Shown: positions 18,395 to 28,570 of the stretch, one piece after another
Layout of the letters: each line of letters begins with the position of its first letter
How positions within the stretch are numbered: position 1 is the first letter of the stretch
Source of the DNA: Candidatus Saccharimonadia bacterium
Lineage (GTDB): Bacteria; Patescibacteriota; Saccharimonadia; UBA4664; JBBRNT01
Direction: 5' to 3'
Assembly: GCA_038230095.1 (NCBI GenBank)
Contig: JBBRNT010000001.1
Location: 48,848 to 112,847 of the forward strand
DNA length: 64,000 nucleotides
Translations under genes and position numbers: made by a program
The notes under the pieces: model-generated
Database searches by the model: none
Told to the model about the DNA's origin: nothing
Seen by the model: only the letters and a program-made list of their open reading frames with translations

Positions 18395-18495
18395 GGTGCT
18401 CCTTGGACGAGTAGGCCTTGGTACGGCAGTTATAGCATTATTGTTTACGAATAACAACGAGGCCTCTTGTGAAGTGTTAATGCTACAATCAGGAT

Positions 18496-19524
18496 ATGGA
18501 ACTGATCGAGATTACAGATAAAGCCCAGTGGGATGCCCTAGTCCAGACATCGGCCTTTGGCCACCCGCTCCAGCTCTGGGGCTGGGGTGAACTAAAGCGT
18601 ACCGGCGGCTGGTGGCCGTACCGTGTAGCAGTCATGGACGGCAGTAGGCTAGTGGCGGCAGCACAAATCCTGATGCTACCCATACCTGGTCTACTGGGGC
18701 GCGTAGCCTATTCGCCACGCGGACCGGTGATGGACCCGGAATGCGCTCAGGCGGCCGAGGCACTAGTGCCGATAACCCAATTTGCTAGGGCGCAACGGGC
18801 TCTGTTTCTTACCCTGGAGCCGGCTTGGCAGCGGTTTGATTGGCCTAAGCGCTGGCGCAAGTCCCGCGAGCATGTGCTTATGGCAGAGACCTTCACTATT
18901 AACCTGAAGTTGGAAGAAGACCAGCTGCTGGCAGCGATGCGGCCCAAAACGCGGCAGTATATTCGCAAGGCGGATACAGATGGAGTCAAGATTGTTCAGG
19001 ATAAGGTAGGGCAGTACTTTGAGGACTTCTGGCGCATCTACTCCGATACGGCCAAACGAGCCAAGTTTGGGCTGCATGCCAAGGAGTACTACGCGAAGCT
19101 CTGGGCAGAGATGGGCGAGAACAATCTGGTAATCTACGCGCTCGTAGATGGCAAGCCCGAGGCGTTTCTATGGCTGGCGTGTGCCGGCACAGTGGCGTTT
19201 GAGCTGTACGGCGGCGTAACCGAGAAAGGCGCCTTACACAAGGCCAACTACAATCTGAAATGGCAGGCTATACAGGTAACTAAGGCCAAAGGCTATCTGG
19301 TCTATGACTTCAACGGCCGGCTCAACGATGGTGTGTCGCAGTTTAAGGTGGGTTTTGGGCCTAAGGAAATGAACTACATAGGCTCTTTTGATCTGGCATT
19401 TAACCCCGGACGCTATGCACTGTGGCACAGTGTGCTACCCGTGGCCAAGCAGGTGGGCCGCCGGATGCGCAATCTGAAGACAGAGCGTAAGGATAAGAAG
19501 ACCCAGAAAGCTGATCTGTCGTGA
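18496..19524 (+). CDS. FemAB/FemX family peptidoglycan bridge peptidyltransferase
   Basis: HPLQLWGWGELK, YSPRGP, KTRQYIRKA, GVSQFKVGFG. Confidence 0.93.
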   Translation: MELIEITDKAQWDALVQTSAFGHPLQLWGWGELKRTGGWWPYRVAVMDGSRLVAAAQILMLPIPGLLGRVAYSPRGPVMDPECAQAAEALVPITQFARAQRALFLTLEPAWQRFDWPKRWRKSREHVLMAETFTINLKLEEDQLLAAMRPKTRQYIRKADTDGVKIVQDKVGQYFEDFWRIYSDTAKRAKFGLHAKEYYAKLWAEMGENNLVIYALVDGKPEAFLWLACAGTVAFELYGGVTEKGALHKANYNLKWQAIQVTKAKGYLVYDFNGRLNDGVSQFKVGFGPKEMNYIGSFDLAFNPGRYALWHSVLPVAKQVGRRMRNLKTERKDKKTQKADLS

Positions 19525-20570
19525 GACAAGAGGCAACGGCTGACCAGATTGAGCGCTGGGATGAGCTGGTAGCAGCTAATCCAGATGGAGGCAATGTGCT
19601 GCAGTCCAGAGTATTTGCCGAGGTAAAGGCCCGTACCGGCTGGAAGCCCCGCTTCTTCATCTATGACTTATCCGGAGTCCAGGTAGCTGTACTGTACCTG
19701 ACTCAGCAAATCCCCGTACTGGGACAGATCTGGTATGCCCCGAAGGGCCCAGGTGTGGCTACAGTGGAACAGCTAGCTAGTTTTACCAAGGCCAATCTGG
19801 GGCTACCGGCATTCCTGGTTAAGATTGAGCCGGAACTGCGGGTGGATCCGAAAGTCCTGAAACAACTACAATCGCCCAAGCTAGGCGTGGTAAAGGCACC
19901 ACGGGACATACAGCTAAATGTAGCAACTGTGATTGTGGACCTAGCGGCAACCGAAGAAGACATACTGAACTCATTTAAGCAGAAGACCAGGTACAATGTG
20001 CGGCTAGCTGAGAAAAAAGGCGTGACCGTTGAGGCGGTTGAGGCAACGGATGCCAACTGCCAGACTATGTATGACCTGATGAAAGCAACGCGTGACCGGG
20101 CAGGGTTCTTTCTGCGGGATTATGGCTATTTCTCACATTTCTGGCAGAGTCACCAGATGGCCTGGCGCGGGCAACTCTTCTTTGCCCACTATGAGGGCCA
20201 GGTGCTAGCGGGGGACTTTGCTACCTACTTAGGCGGTAAGGGGCTGTACAAAGACGGTGGGTCAATCCGCGCCCATTCGGAGCTGCAGGCGCCCTACCTA
20301 CTGCAGTGGCGGGTAATGCAGTGGCTGAAGGAACATGGCGTAACCGAGTACGACCTGCATGGCACGCCACCCGCAAGCGAGATAGAGAACCCCAACCACC
20401 CATTTGCCGGCTTAGCCAGATTCAAAACAGGCTTTAATGCTGAAATTACCCAGTTTATAGGTACCTACGACCAGGTACTAGACGTACGCAAGTACGCTAT
20501 CTGGAACCGGCTGGGTGAGCGCATTGTGACCGGCGTGAGCCGACGGGTGAAGAACCGGCTGTTTTACTAA
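19521..20570 (+). CDS. FemAB/FemX family peptidoglycan bridge peptidyltransferase
   Basis: NVLQS, YAPKGP, KTRYNVRLAEKKGV, GLARFKTGF. Confidence 0.93.
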   Translation: MRQEATADQIERWDELVAANPDGGNVLQSRVFAEVKARTGWKPRFFIYDLSGVQVAVLYLTQQIPVLGQIWYAPKGPGVATVEQLASFTKANLGLPAFLVKIEPELRVDPKVLKQLQSPKLGVVKAPRDIQLNVATVIVDLAATEEDILNSFKQKTRYNVRLAEKKGVTVEAVEATDANCQTMYDLMKATRDRAGFFLRDYGYFSHFWQSHQMAWRGQLFFAHYEGQVLAGDFATYLGGKGLYKDGGSIRAHSELQAPYLLQWRVMQWLKEHGVTEYDLHGTPPASEIENPNHPFAGLARFKTGFNAEITQFIGTYDQVLDVRKYAIWNRLGERIVTGVSRRVKNRLFY

Positions 20571-20630
20571 CCCGGGATGTATCAAAAAGAAAAGCCCCCG
20601 AAGGGGCTTTTTGCCTTTCGGGGACGGTGG

Positions 20631-21077
20631 CTAGGTTTGATCTGAGCGCTTGGAGCGCGCTGGGCTGACGATGATGGTGGTATCGCAGCAAGGGCAGACA
20701 ACGAACTGCTTTATGCCGGCAGCACGGCGCCGGTGGCGGAGGTGAGTACTACGGACTATCTGGTGGATGGTGACGTGGATGGCTGTAGGGTCGAGACGGT
20801 AGCCAACACTCCTGACCGCTTCTACCGACATGATTGGCTGGGGGAGTTGGGCGTTGATCTGGTCGCGGATGCGGCAAACCAGGACACGGATGGAGCTACG
20901 CACGTACTGCGGCTCACTATCCCAGACCTGGTGCGCGATCTGCTTGAAGGTAAAGACGCGCCCAGGGGACGTGGCCAGAAGCGCTAGCAGATTGAACTGC
21001 AGGTGAGCGAACCGGATTGGTAGCCCGTCCAGCGTGACGGTACGGTCGTCCAGGTCAATAACCAGTCGCGCGGTCAT
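20631..21077 (-). CDS. Stand-alone OmpR/PhoB-type winged-helix DNA-binding protein with C-terminal CxxC
   Basis: QFNLLALLATSPGRVFT...VRSVGYRL; no receiver domain; CPCCD tail. Confidence 0.8.
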   Translation of the reverse strand: MTARLVIDLDDRTVTLDGLPIRFAHLQFNLLALLATSPGRVFTFKQIAHQVWDSEPQYVRSSIRVLVCRIRDQINAQLPQPIMSVEAVRSVGYRLDPTAIHVTIHQIVRSTHLRHRRRAAGIKQFVVCPCCDTTIIVSPARSKRSDQT

Positions 21078-21484
21078 GACGGCACTTGGTGATCCTGCGC
21101 GAAGAAGCCATAACCGCAGCGAGGGCAACGGACGTGATCCTGGGGTAGACCGACAATGATCTGTGCGGGTGACCCAATGATCTCAATTTGCTCGGCGCCC
21201 AGCAACATGATCTGGCCTACCCCGTGTACTGTATCGATGATCTGGCGCTGCTTGGCGGTATCGCCCAGCTTGCGGCGCAGGTTCGACAGATGGGTTTTTG
21301 CCAGGCTCAATGAGGTTTGCTTGCTTGCATGGATGCAATAACGGATCTGATCGTTGGTGATGAGGCGGCTGGGGTTGAAAGCAAGCAGGCCCAGGATACT
21401 GAGCTCGGTGGGCGTAACTGCGACAAGCCGTCCATCGAGAGTGACCCGGTGGCTATTGCAGTTGATGATCAATCTAGTGGTCAT
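21074..21484 (-). CDS. Stand-alone OmpR/PhoB-type winged-helix DNA-binding protein with C-terminal CxxC
   Basis: TPTELSILGLL...HLSNLRRKLGD...IDTVHGVG; CPRCG tail. Confidence 0.8.
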   Translation of the reverse strand: MTTRLIINCNSHRVTLDGRLVAVTPTELSILGLLAFNPSRLITNDQIRYCIHASKQTSLSLAKTHLSNLRRKLGDTAKQRQIIDTVHGVGQIMLLGAEQIEIIGSPAQIIVGLPQDHVRCPRCGYGFFAQDHQVPS

Positions 21485-21619
21485 AGTGATCCTTAGATGT
21501 GAAGGTACGGATAATCGGTGACTGTACAATATTACTCTTGGAATTTCAAGCATAGCCGAGTTCAATATAGGCGATGGTGGTGTAAGATAGAGGGGCAATT
21601 ATTATCTGGAGAAGCCACC

Positions 21620-22930
21620 GTGAAATCATTTCGTAAACTGGTTAAAGCCCTAATTCCGCACGCACTATTTGCCCGTGTGGAGCCCTGGGGCCATCTGGCT
21701 GAAACATTCCTTATGAATGTCTGGTACGGCTTTCCTGCCCGCGGTATGAAGATAATTGGCGTGACGGGTACAGACGGTAAGACAACTACCTCGACCTGGA
21801 TATACACGATGCTGAACGACGCCGGTATTAAAACTGGCTTAATGACCACTATTGGCTATGGTACTCCTGAGAACTGGAGCCCAAACTACGTCCATATGAC
21901 CAGCGTGCCAGCGGGCATGCTTATGCGCCGGCTACGTGATCTGAAGCACCGCGGCGTAGAGTGGGTGGTACTAGAAACCACTAGCCATGCGCTAGCCCAG
22001 AACCGGGTGTGGGGTGTGCCGTACAGCCTAGCCGTGATGACCAATGTGACGCATGAGCACCTGGACTACCACAAGACATTTGACCGCTACCGGATGGCCA
22101 AGCTGCGCCTTTTCGACAAAGTGGCCGAGAACCGGCTTGGGCTGCAGATGGGGATTGTGAATGCCGATGACCCAAGCGCAGAGCTATTTGCGGGCGCTAT
22201 CCAGGAGACGATACGCTACGGGCTGAAGGCTGGTGAGCTGAAAGCTACTAGCATTACCAGTAATGCCCAGGGTAGTAGCTTCACTGCCACCTATAAGGGG
22301 CAGAAATATAGCCTGAAGACGCATCTACCCGGCGAATTTAACGTCTACAATGCCCTAGCTGTGATCGGAGTAGGCCTAGCGCTCGAACTTACGCCTAAGC
22401 AAATAGAACGCGGCATAGGGGCTCTGGAGAGCGTAGAAGGGCGTATGAATCGCGTGGATGAGGGCCAAGACTACGGCGTGATCGTGGACTTTGCCCATAC
22501 ACCTGATAGCTTTGAGAAAATCCTATCTGATTTCCGTAAGCTAACCACTGGCCGACTGATTGTGTTGTTTGGGTCCGCAGGACGGCGGGATGAGACCAAG
22601 CGGGCCAAGCAAGGTGCGTCCGCTGGTAAGTACGGTGATCTGGTAGTTGTTACTGAGGAAGACGATCGTGACATAGATGGCGATCTGATAATGGGGATGA
22701 TTGCCAGTGGCGCCGAGGAGCAAGGTAAGGTGAAGGGGAAAGACCTGTACCTGATCCATGACCGGACGGAGGCAATCCAGTTTGCGGTTGATCAGGCGCA
22801 GAAGGGTGACACGGTGCTACTGCTTGGTAAGGGACATGAGAAGACGATTGAGGGGAAAGATGGGGAGCGGCCGTGGGATGAGCTGGGTGAGGCGCGGGCA
22901 GCTATTCACAAGCGTCTGAAGCGCGGATAA
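21620..22930 (+). CDS. murE: UDP-N-acetylmuramoyl-dipeptide amino acid ligase (MurE)
   Basis: GVTGTDGKTTT, ETTSHAL, TNVTHEHLDYH, VDFAHTPD, GKGHE. Confidence 0.93.
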   Translation: MKSFRKLVKALIPHALFARVEPWGHLAETFLMNVWYGFPARGMKIIGVTGTDGKTTTSTWIYTMLNDAGIKTGLMTTIGYGTPENWSPNYVHMTSVPAGMLMRRLRDLKHRGVEWVVLETTSHALAQNRVWGVPYSLAVMTNVTHEHLDYHKTFDRYRMAKLRLFDKVAENRLGLQMGIVNADDPSAELFAGAIQETIRYGLKAGELKATSITSNAQGSSFTATYKGQKYSLKTHLPGEFNVYNALAVIGVGLALELTPKQIERGIGALESVEGRMNRVDEGQDYGVIVDFAHTPDSFEKILSDFRKLTTGRLIVLFGSAGRRDETKRAKQGASAGKYGDLVVVTEEDDRDIDGDLIMGMIASGAEEQGKVKGKDLYLIHDRTEAIQFAVDQAQKGDTVLLLGKGHEKTIEGKDGERPWDELGEARAAIHKRLKRG

Positions 22931-23073
22931 CACTGTCTGATCTGCCACAAGGCCCCTCCGGGGGTCTTTTTGCTCCCAGTGAGGGCGGAGGGAAAGGGAA
23001 GTGGTTATGATTGAAATATGGTGTGGTGCGTGGCATAATCTGCCTCACTTGTCAGCTACTGTCAGGAGTACCT

Positions 23074-23208
23074 ATGACATCCAAAGTCCAGATGATGCAG
23101 GCGGCCAGGTCGGTCGTAGGCCTCATAAGCGTCCAGATTGTTCCACCAAAAACGCTCAGTTACCGCCAGCTAGATCTGATGATCCTAGAAAATGGGGTTG
23201 TGTCATGA
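23074..23208 (+). CDS. Small hypothetical protein (44 aa)
   Basis: RBS AGGAG after a TTGAAA...TGGCATAAT promoter; ATGA overlap with the next ORF. Confidence 0.45.
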   Translation: MTSKVQMMQAARSVVGLISVQIVPPKTLSYRQLDLMILENGVVS

Positions 23209-23531
23209 GTGACATTGCCGAGATGGCCAAAGAAATGGGCCGAGCCATCCGACTGGCAGATTGGTCGGCAGCAAGCCGTATCAAGGATGAGCTCTTGCGA
23301 GAGATTGATAGCTTGTCTGGGGATGATGCGCACGAACTGGAGCGCTACGCCGAGCCGCTTCTGAACGCTTCAGCCGGAGGAAATACCGCCGAGTCGCTAG
23401 CGCTGTGCCTGGCACTAGCTGCTCACGCTGTGCGCATTGATGCTCGACGAAACGACTTCTATGGTGCCGGGTTCGAGGTGGGGATGGACATTGCAAAGCG
23501 TGCTGATAACGCTGCTCCAATCTGGAACTGA
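23205..23531 (+). CDS. Hypothetical helical protein
   Basis: ORF coupled to the upstream small ORF; protein-like composition. Confidence 0.6.
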   Translation: MSDIAEMAKEMGRAIRLADWSAASRIKDELLREIDSLSGDDAHELERYAEPLLNASAGGNTAESLALCLALAAHAVRIDARRNDFYGAGFEVGMDIAKRADNAAPIWN

Positions 23532-23575
23532 ATACATATAAACCCGCCGTAAGGCCCGAACCCCAAAGGGGCGTA

Positions 23576-24304
23576 ATGTCAGCAAGATTAACGGCAATAG
23601 ATGGTCCAGCCAACGCTGGCAAGTCCACCCTAGCGGCTGAGTTAGCCAAGCGACTTGGAGTGGCCATTGTGAACACGGGCAGTATTTACCGCATTGGTGG
23701 ATACCTGGCTCACGGCGAAGGACTAGACCTAACGAATGATGCAACATGCGCAGAGTTCTTCGCAGGGCTTGATCTATACCTGGCCAATGGCCTAATCCTG
23801 GTCAACGGCGAGGACTTCAGCTCACAGCTCCGAAGCCCCCAGGCAAGCGTGCTGTCCAAGGCGGTAGCCAAGCTGCCGTCCGTGCGCGAGGTGGTGCGAG
23901 GAGTTCAAAGGCTTTTTGTGGAGCAGGCGGGTGGCCGGGCGGTGGTAGAGGGCCGCGACATTGGCACGGTAGTCTTCCCCGAGGCTGATTTGAAGCTCTG
24001 GCTCGATGCCTCTCCAGCGTGCCGAGAATACAGGGCCTACCGGGTGCAATTGGCACGCGGAAGCAGTCCGGAAGTGGCACGTGAGGAAGCCCGCCGCATC
24101 ATGGCCCGCGATGCGGAGGATGCGGAGCGGCACCACTCACCCATGGTCGCACCGACCGACGCCATTACCTTCATGAACGAGTTCATGACGACCGAGGAGG
24201 CCGTGGAGACATTGCACGGCATTGCGCTGCTACCTGCCCGCGCCAGACCCAGTAGAGTGTCTGCTAGGCGAGTGGGTGGCCGCATCTACTTGGAGCAACA
24301 GTAA
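23576..24304 (+). CDS. cmk: Cytidylate kinase family protein
   Basis: AIDGPANAGKST, TGSIYR, VEGRDIGTVVFPEA. Confidence 0.88.
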   Translation: MSARLTAIDGPANAGKSTLAAELAKRLGVAIVNTGSIYRIGGYLAHGEGLDLTNDATCAEFFAGLDLYLANGLILVNGEDFSSQLRSPQASVLSKAVAKLPSVREVVRGVQRLFVEQAGGRAVVEGRDIGTVVFPEADLKLWLDASPACREYRAYRVQLARGSSPEVAREEARRIMARDAEDAERHHSPMVAPTDAITFMNEFMTTEEAVETLHGIALLPARARPSRVSARRVGGRIYLEQQ

Positions 24305-24317
24305 AGCTCGCTATACT

Positions 24318-25158
24318 GGCCCCGGATTTCGATCCGGGGCCTTTTCTTTTTCCATATTTGTTACGCTTGAGTTCTCGAAAAGAAGATGGTTTAATGCAGT
24401 ATCCTTCGGGAGAACCTAGACCCGGCCACCTGGCCCTGACCCCAAGGGGTAGACTTGTTCACAGTAGTGATCGATGGACCCGCAGGTGCGGGCAAGGGCA
24501 CCCTAGTGCGCTACCTGGTAAAGCTGCTCGGAGAGCGAACTGGTGCAGCGTGGCGGCCGCTGGATACTGGCTCGGCCTACAGAGCAGTGGGAGTGGCCGC
24601 GCACTTGTTGGGGACGCCCATGACTGATGTTGTGGACCTGACATACCTGGCTGCTGCGGTGCAGTTTGATCCGGAGACGGGTGTAGCCTACGCAGTTGGC
24701 GAGACCGCTGTCGGACACCTAATTCGGAGCCCAGAAGCCAGCGAATGGTCCTCCAAGGTAGCGGTAATCCCGCAGGTTCGTCTGGCGGTGAATAAACGGT
24801 TTCATGCCTTTGCGGCCGAGACCAACATTGTGGGTGATGGCCGTGATCTGGGTAGTGTGGTCTTTCCAGACGCATTGCTCAAGGTATACCTGACTGCCAG
24901 CCCTCGAGCGAGGGCAGAACGGCGAACGGCCGAGACCGAGGGAGCGACGGATATTGCCCAGATAGAAGCAGCCATTGCCGAGCGCGACTACCGCGATGCT
25001 CACCGGGCCGATGCACCCATGACCATGCAAGCCGACTACGTGCTGGTGGATACCACTGGACGGGCGGTGCAGGAATACGGTGACGAGGTAGCCACCATGG
25101 CGATTGAACGAATGAAGTACTAGTGTGTGCAGCGGGCCCCGGATTACCATCCGGGGCC
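24318..25158. repeat. 24-bp near-identical terminator hairpins (24318-24341 and 25135-25158)
   Basis: GGCCCCGGATT-N3-ATCCGGGGCC follows each cmk paralog. Confidence 0.85.
24455..25123 (+). CDS. cmk: Cytidylate kinase family protein (second paralog)
   Basis: IDGPAGAGKGT, LDTGSAYR, DGRDLGSVVFPDA, RAERR. Confidence 0.9.
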   Translation: MFTVVIDGPAGAGKGTLVRYLVKLLGERTGAAWRPLDTGSAYRAVGVAAHLLGTPMTDVVDLTYLAAAVQFDPETGVAYAVGETAVGHLIRSPEASEWSSKVAVIPQVRLAVNKRFHAFAAETNIVGDGRDLGSVVFPDALLKVYLTASPRARAERRTAETEGATDIAQIEAAIAERDYRDAHRADAPMTMQADYVLVDTTGRAVQEYGDEVATMAIERMKY

Positions 25159-25291
25159 CCTAATGTTAAATATTGTGCGTATCTATTGTATTATTACAAT
25201 AATAATGCTATAATATAGCATCTTGTGAATCCAATCGGGTTTACAGGTAATTGAAAATTTGTTCTTTCCCGACCAGGCCCTGGAGGTCATC

Positions 25292-26368
25292 ATGTTGCGT
25301 TTCATCGTTTTCACCCTTTCAGTCGCAATTGCGATGGAGCTCTATCTGATCTACGGCGGCAACAAGTCCGGCCTGACCAACGCTTTAATTGGCATGGGTA
25401 TGGCCCTGTCACTGCTTGCGGCATGCATTGTCCTATACGGCTCCATGTCCGATAGGAAACACCAGATGCACCACGATGACACGAAGGTGGCATTCCAGTT
25501 CTACCCGGCAAACAACCCCAATGCCAAGCTGAGCTTTGTGCTCACGCCTGGCATGCTGAACTCTGGCGAGATCGTCTACCACCAGCTGGTGGGGCGGTTC
25601 ACGCAGTACGGTTCGGTGTTGGTGGTCAACTGGCCCCGCAACGGCTTCGACGGCAACGAAATTGCCGGAATAATTGCCGACAGGATGGCCTCCCAGAGCA
25701 TGGTAAACCCCATTTTCGTTGGCCAGTCGTTGGGTTCACTGATGGACATGCAGGTGATGGAGGAATACATCCGTCGCGGCAGTCCAGGTGGCCCCATCCA
25801 GGGCTTCCTAGGCGATTCCGCCTTCACTGGTGCCTACGATGCCAAGATGCCAGCCCCGCCATTCCTAGCGGATCTGATCCGTGATCTGCCGGGGCAGTCT
25901 CTGTACTGGCCAGCAATTGCCAAGGTCCAGGGTAAGTCTGGGGTCAAGAAGATGGTGCCACTGACAGAGTCGGGTGTGAACCAGGAGCTGATTGATAGCC
26001 ATGTCTCCTTCCTGAACCACAACACGTTCTACAGCGTGGCGGCCCAGGGCCGCTACATTGTGGATTTCCAGGCCCCGCCCGCGGGTGCATTTGCAGCTGT
26101 CCCGGCGCTGTTCCTGCAGACGCCGAACCTGACAGCTGCTAAGCCAGGAGACGTACTATTGCAGGAGGGGCAAGCACTGGCCCATCTGCAGCAGATCTTC
26201 CCCAACAGCACCGCCATCAATGTTGGCGGCATCCACGGCAATACCGTGGAGCGCCCAGAAGAGCACTGGGCGGCGTATGAGCCGTTCATTCAGAAGTGCC
26301 TGGCACGCCAGATGGCGAGAAGCCTCAGCCAGAACCCCAACTACGATCCGAATAGCACCGGATCCTGA
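25292..26368 (+). CDS. Membrane-anchored alpha/beta hydrolase
   Basis: Two N-terminal TMs, GQSLG nucleophile elbow, late D and H (GGIHG). Confidence 0.7.
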   Translation: MLRFIVFTLSVAIAMELYLIYGGNKSGLTNALIGMGMALSLLAACIVLYGSMSDRKHQMHHDDTKVAFQFYPANNPNAKLSFVLTPGMLNSGEIVYHQLVGRFTQYGSVLVVNWPRNGFDGNEIAGIIADRMASQSMVNPIFVGQSLGSLMDMQVMEEYIRRGSPGGPIQGFLGDSAFTGAYDAKMPAPPFLADLIRDLPGQSLYWPAIAKVQGKSGVKKMVPLTESGVNQELIDSHVSFLNHNTFYSVAAQGRYIVDFQAPPAGAFAAVPALFLQTPNLTAAKPGDVLLQEGQALAHLQQIFPNSTAINVGGIHGNTVERPEEHWAAYEPFIQKCLARQMARSLSQNPNYDPNSTGS

Positions 26369-26469
26369 TCAGTCCACCGTCCGCCCACAAGGGCCCCGTC
26401 GCAAGACGGGGCCCTTCTTGTTTGGAATTATCACACGCGTGTAGGCCGACTGTGTGGAGCCAGCGCTGG

Positions 26470-27267
26470 CTAGTCGCGCAGATCGAGGGTAAGGCACTTC
26501 ACGCCGCCGCCCGATTTGCGGAACTCCAGGATGGGGGTGCCGTGGACGGTGTAGCCGGCTTTTTCGTACTTCTTCATGAGCGAAGCTGATTCGTTACTGC
26601 AAATAACATTTTTGCCGTCGGAAACGGCATTAAGGCCAAAGCCCTTTGCCTCCTGGAGCGTGGCCTCGATAGTGTTGGGTACAGCAAGCTCCAGGGCGCG
26701 GCGGCTACTTTGGTCGAAAGCGCCGGGGTAGTAGGCAACGGTGTCGCTATCTAGGACCGCAAGAGCGGTGTCCATATGGTAGAAATTGGGGTCTATAAGA
26801 CGAAGGCTTATCACAGACTTGTCGAAGTAGGTGTCTAGCTCGGCGTGGCTTTCTAGCTCTGAGCGGAAGCCGTAGCCGACCAGAATAAGATCACCACAGA
26901 CAAGAGCGTCGCCACCACCCTCGAAGAGGTGCTGGGGGCGGCTAATGCTAGTGTACCCGGCCCCGCGAAGCCACTTTTCGTACTGTGCTGTCTCCGGTTG
27001 GCGCTCGGGGTAGCGGAAATTGGAAAGCATGACCCGGCCATCAATAATTAGACAGCTATCAGTAGAGAACACCAGGTCGGGCAGGCCCTTCACGGGCTCA
27101 ATCTGGTCTATGGTGTAGCCCAGCTTCTGGTAGATAGCGTGTAGCTGGCGCCACTGGTCCTTGGCGGTGCTGGTGACCACCTGATTGTCGGTGTGCATCC
27201 AGGCATTAATCTCGTACTCAATATCGAAAAACGTAGGTGGACACATGAGGATGTGCTTTGTAGACAT
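26470..27267 (-). CDS. Amidinotransferase/dimethylargininase family protein
   Basis: LMCPP..F..EYEIN, LPDLVF, FEGGGD, FYHMDT, KSGGGVKCLT. Confidence 0.92.
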   Translation of the reverse strand: MSTKHILMCPPTFFDIEYEINAWMHTDNQVVTSTAKDQWRQLHAIYQKLGYTIDQIEPVKGLPDLVFSTDSCLIIDGRVMLSNFRYPERQPETAQYEKWLRGAGYTSISRPQHLFEGGGDALVCGDLILVGYGFRSELESHAELDTYFDKSVISLRLIDPNFYHMDTALAVLDSDTVAYYPGAFDQSSRRALELAVPNTIEATLQEAKGFGLNAVSDGKNVICSNESASLMKKYEKAGYTVHGTPILEFRKSGGGVKCLTLDLRD

Positions 27268-27350
27268 AAGAGCATTCTAGCGATAGCGGCCAGCTTGGGC
27301 AAATGAGAAGCCCCAGCGCGGGAGCGCTGGGGCAGGGCGGCGGGTTCTTG

Positions 27351-27758
27351 CTAGGGCGATTCGGTTGGGTTGTCTTGAAGCGGTGGGTCTGGCGCTACGA
27401 GCATCTTGGGTGGCATGACAAGCTGGCCTGTGTGGATGAGATGGCGGATGGCACAGAGGCGGGCACCCACGGCATCAATGTACCCCGCGGGGAGCGACTG
27501 GCTAAATACCAGACTGAGGCAGCTCTCGACGTGCTCGTCTAGAAGCGCGTAGATCTCGAATACCGGCTTGATGCCCGCAAACAGCTGGTTGATTTCGGCG
27601 GTAATGATGAGCCGCACCCCGTCGTTCATCCAGGACGGCTTGAGATGAGTGTGGAAGGCCACCCATATTTCGGTGCGGCTCCCAACTGGTAGGTAGCCAT
27701 AGTCCGACAAGCAAATGTCGGGCACTTCGGTGTTCTCAATGGTAGGTGCGTCCGTCAT
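27351..27758 (-). CDS. Hypothetical protein
   Basis: Upstream GTGACA...CATAAT-like promoter region and downstream terminator hairpin. Confidence 0.5.
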   Translation of the reverse strand: MTDAPTIENTEVPDICLSDYGYLPVGSRTEIWVAFHTHLKPSWMNDGVRLIITAEINQLFAGIKPVFEIYALLDEHVESCLSLVFSQSLPAGYIDAVGARLCAIRHLIHTGQLVMPPKMLVAPDPPLQDNPTESP

Positions 27759-27873
27759 GATTATTCCCCCAAACACTAGATTGGATGGGGGCATAATACG
27801 CCCCGCAAAATGGAATGTCACTAGTTGTTTTTTTGGCAGGGAGGGAGTACTAGCCTCATTGCCCACAAAGGGG

Positions 27874-28512
27874 CTAGGAGAAGTCGTGGGATTGGCCGGC
27901 GACGAGGGGGATGAAGTCTATGCCGTGTTTGGCGGCAATACTGGTGAGGCGCTCGTTTGTCATATCCGGTAGACCGTCTAGAGCATCGTGGACTGGTATG
28001 GCCTGCTTAGGCTTCACCGACTCTAGGTAGGTGAGAACATCGCCGAGTTTAGTCCAGGGCCCGCTGGTGGGGAGCGCCAGGATCTCTACTGGTACCGGAG
28101 GGACTTCGAAGGAGTCGCCGGGAAACCAGAGGCGGTTGGCAATGAGGAAGCCCACGTTGCTCCCCGTGTCCCAGCTGTGGTGGATAGGCGCATGCTTTGT
28201 GCCATAGACCTGGACGGTGACACCGCCGACCTCGAACGTATCGCCATCATGAACCACATGGTGTGGCACGCCCAGTAGGGCTAGCTCGGCTCCGGCGCTG
28301 TCATCGGTATAAATGGCCAGGGTACCGTGGCTGGCGTGCAGTGCCTGCACCGTCTCGGGATCAATGTGGTCGTAATGGGAGTGGGAGATAAGGACAGCGT
28401 CCAGATCTGTCAGCCCCTCCCAGCCGGGTGCCATCTTGGTGGGATCGAGTAAGAAACGAACGCCATTCTCTTCGACTACGAAGCAGGCATGGGCAAAACG
28501 TTGGATTTTCAT
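27874..28512 (-). CDS. MBL-fold metallo-hydrolase
   Basis: HACF, LLDP, SHSHYDH, PGDS, IPVHD. Confidence 0.92.
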   Translation of the reverse strand: MKIQRFAHACFVVEENGVRFLLDPTKMAPGWEGLTDLDAVLISHSHYDHIDPETVQALHASHGTLAIYTDDSAGAELALLGVPHHVVHDGDTFEVGGVTVQVYGTKHAPIHHSWDTGSNVGFLIANRLWFPGDSFEVPPVPVEILALPTSGPWTKLGDVLTYLESVKPKQAIPVHDALDGLPDMTNERLTSIAAKHGIDFIPLVAGQSHDFS

Positions 28513-28570
28513 TATTGCGGCCTCCTTTTCCATCTATTATACCGTGCTGTCGGTAATGTAGTATGGGGGT

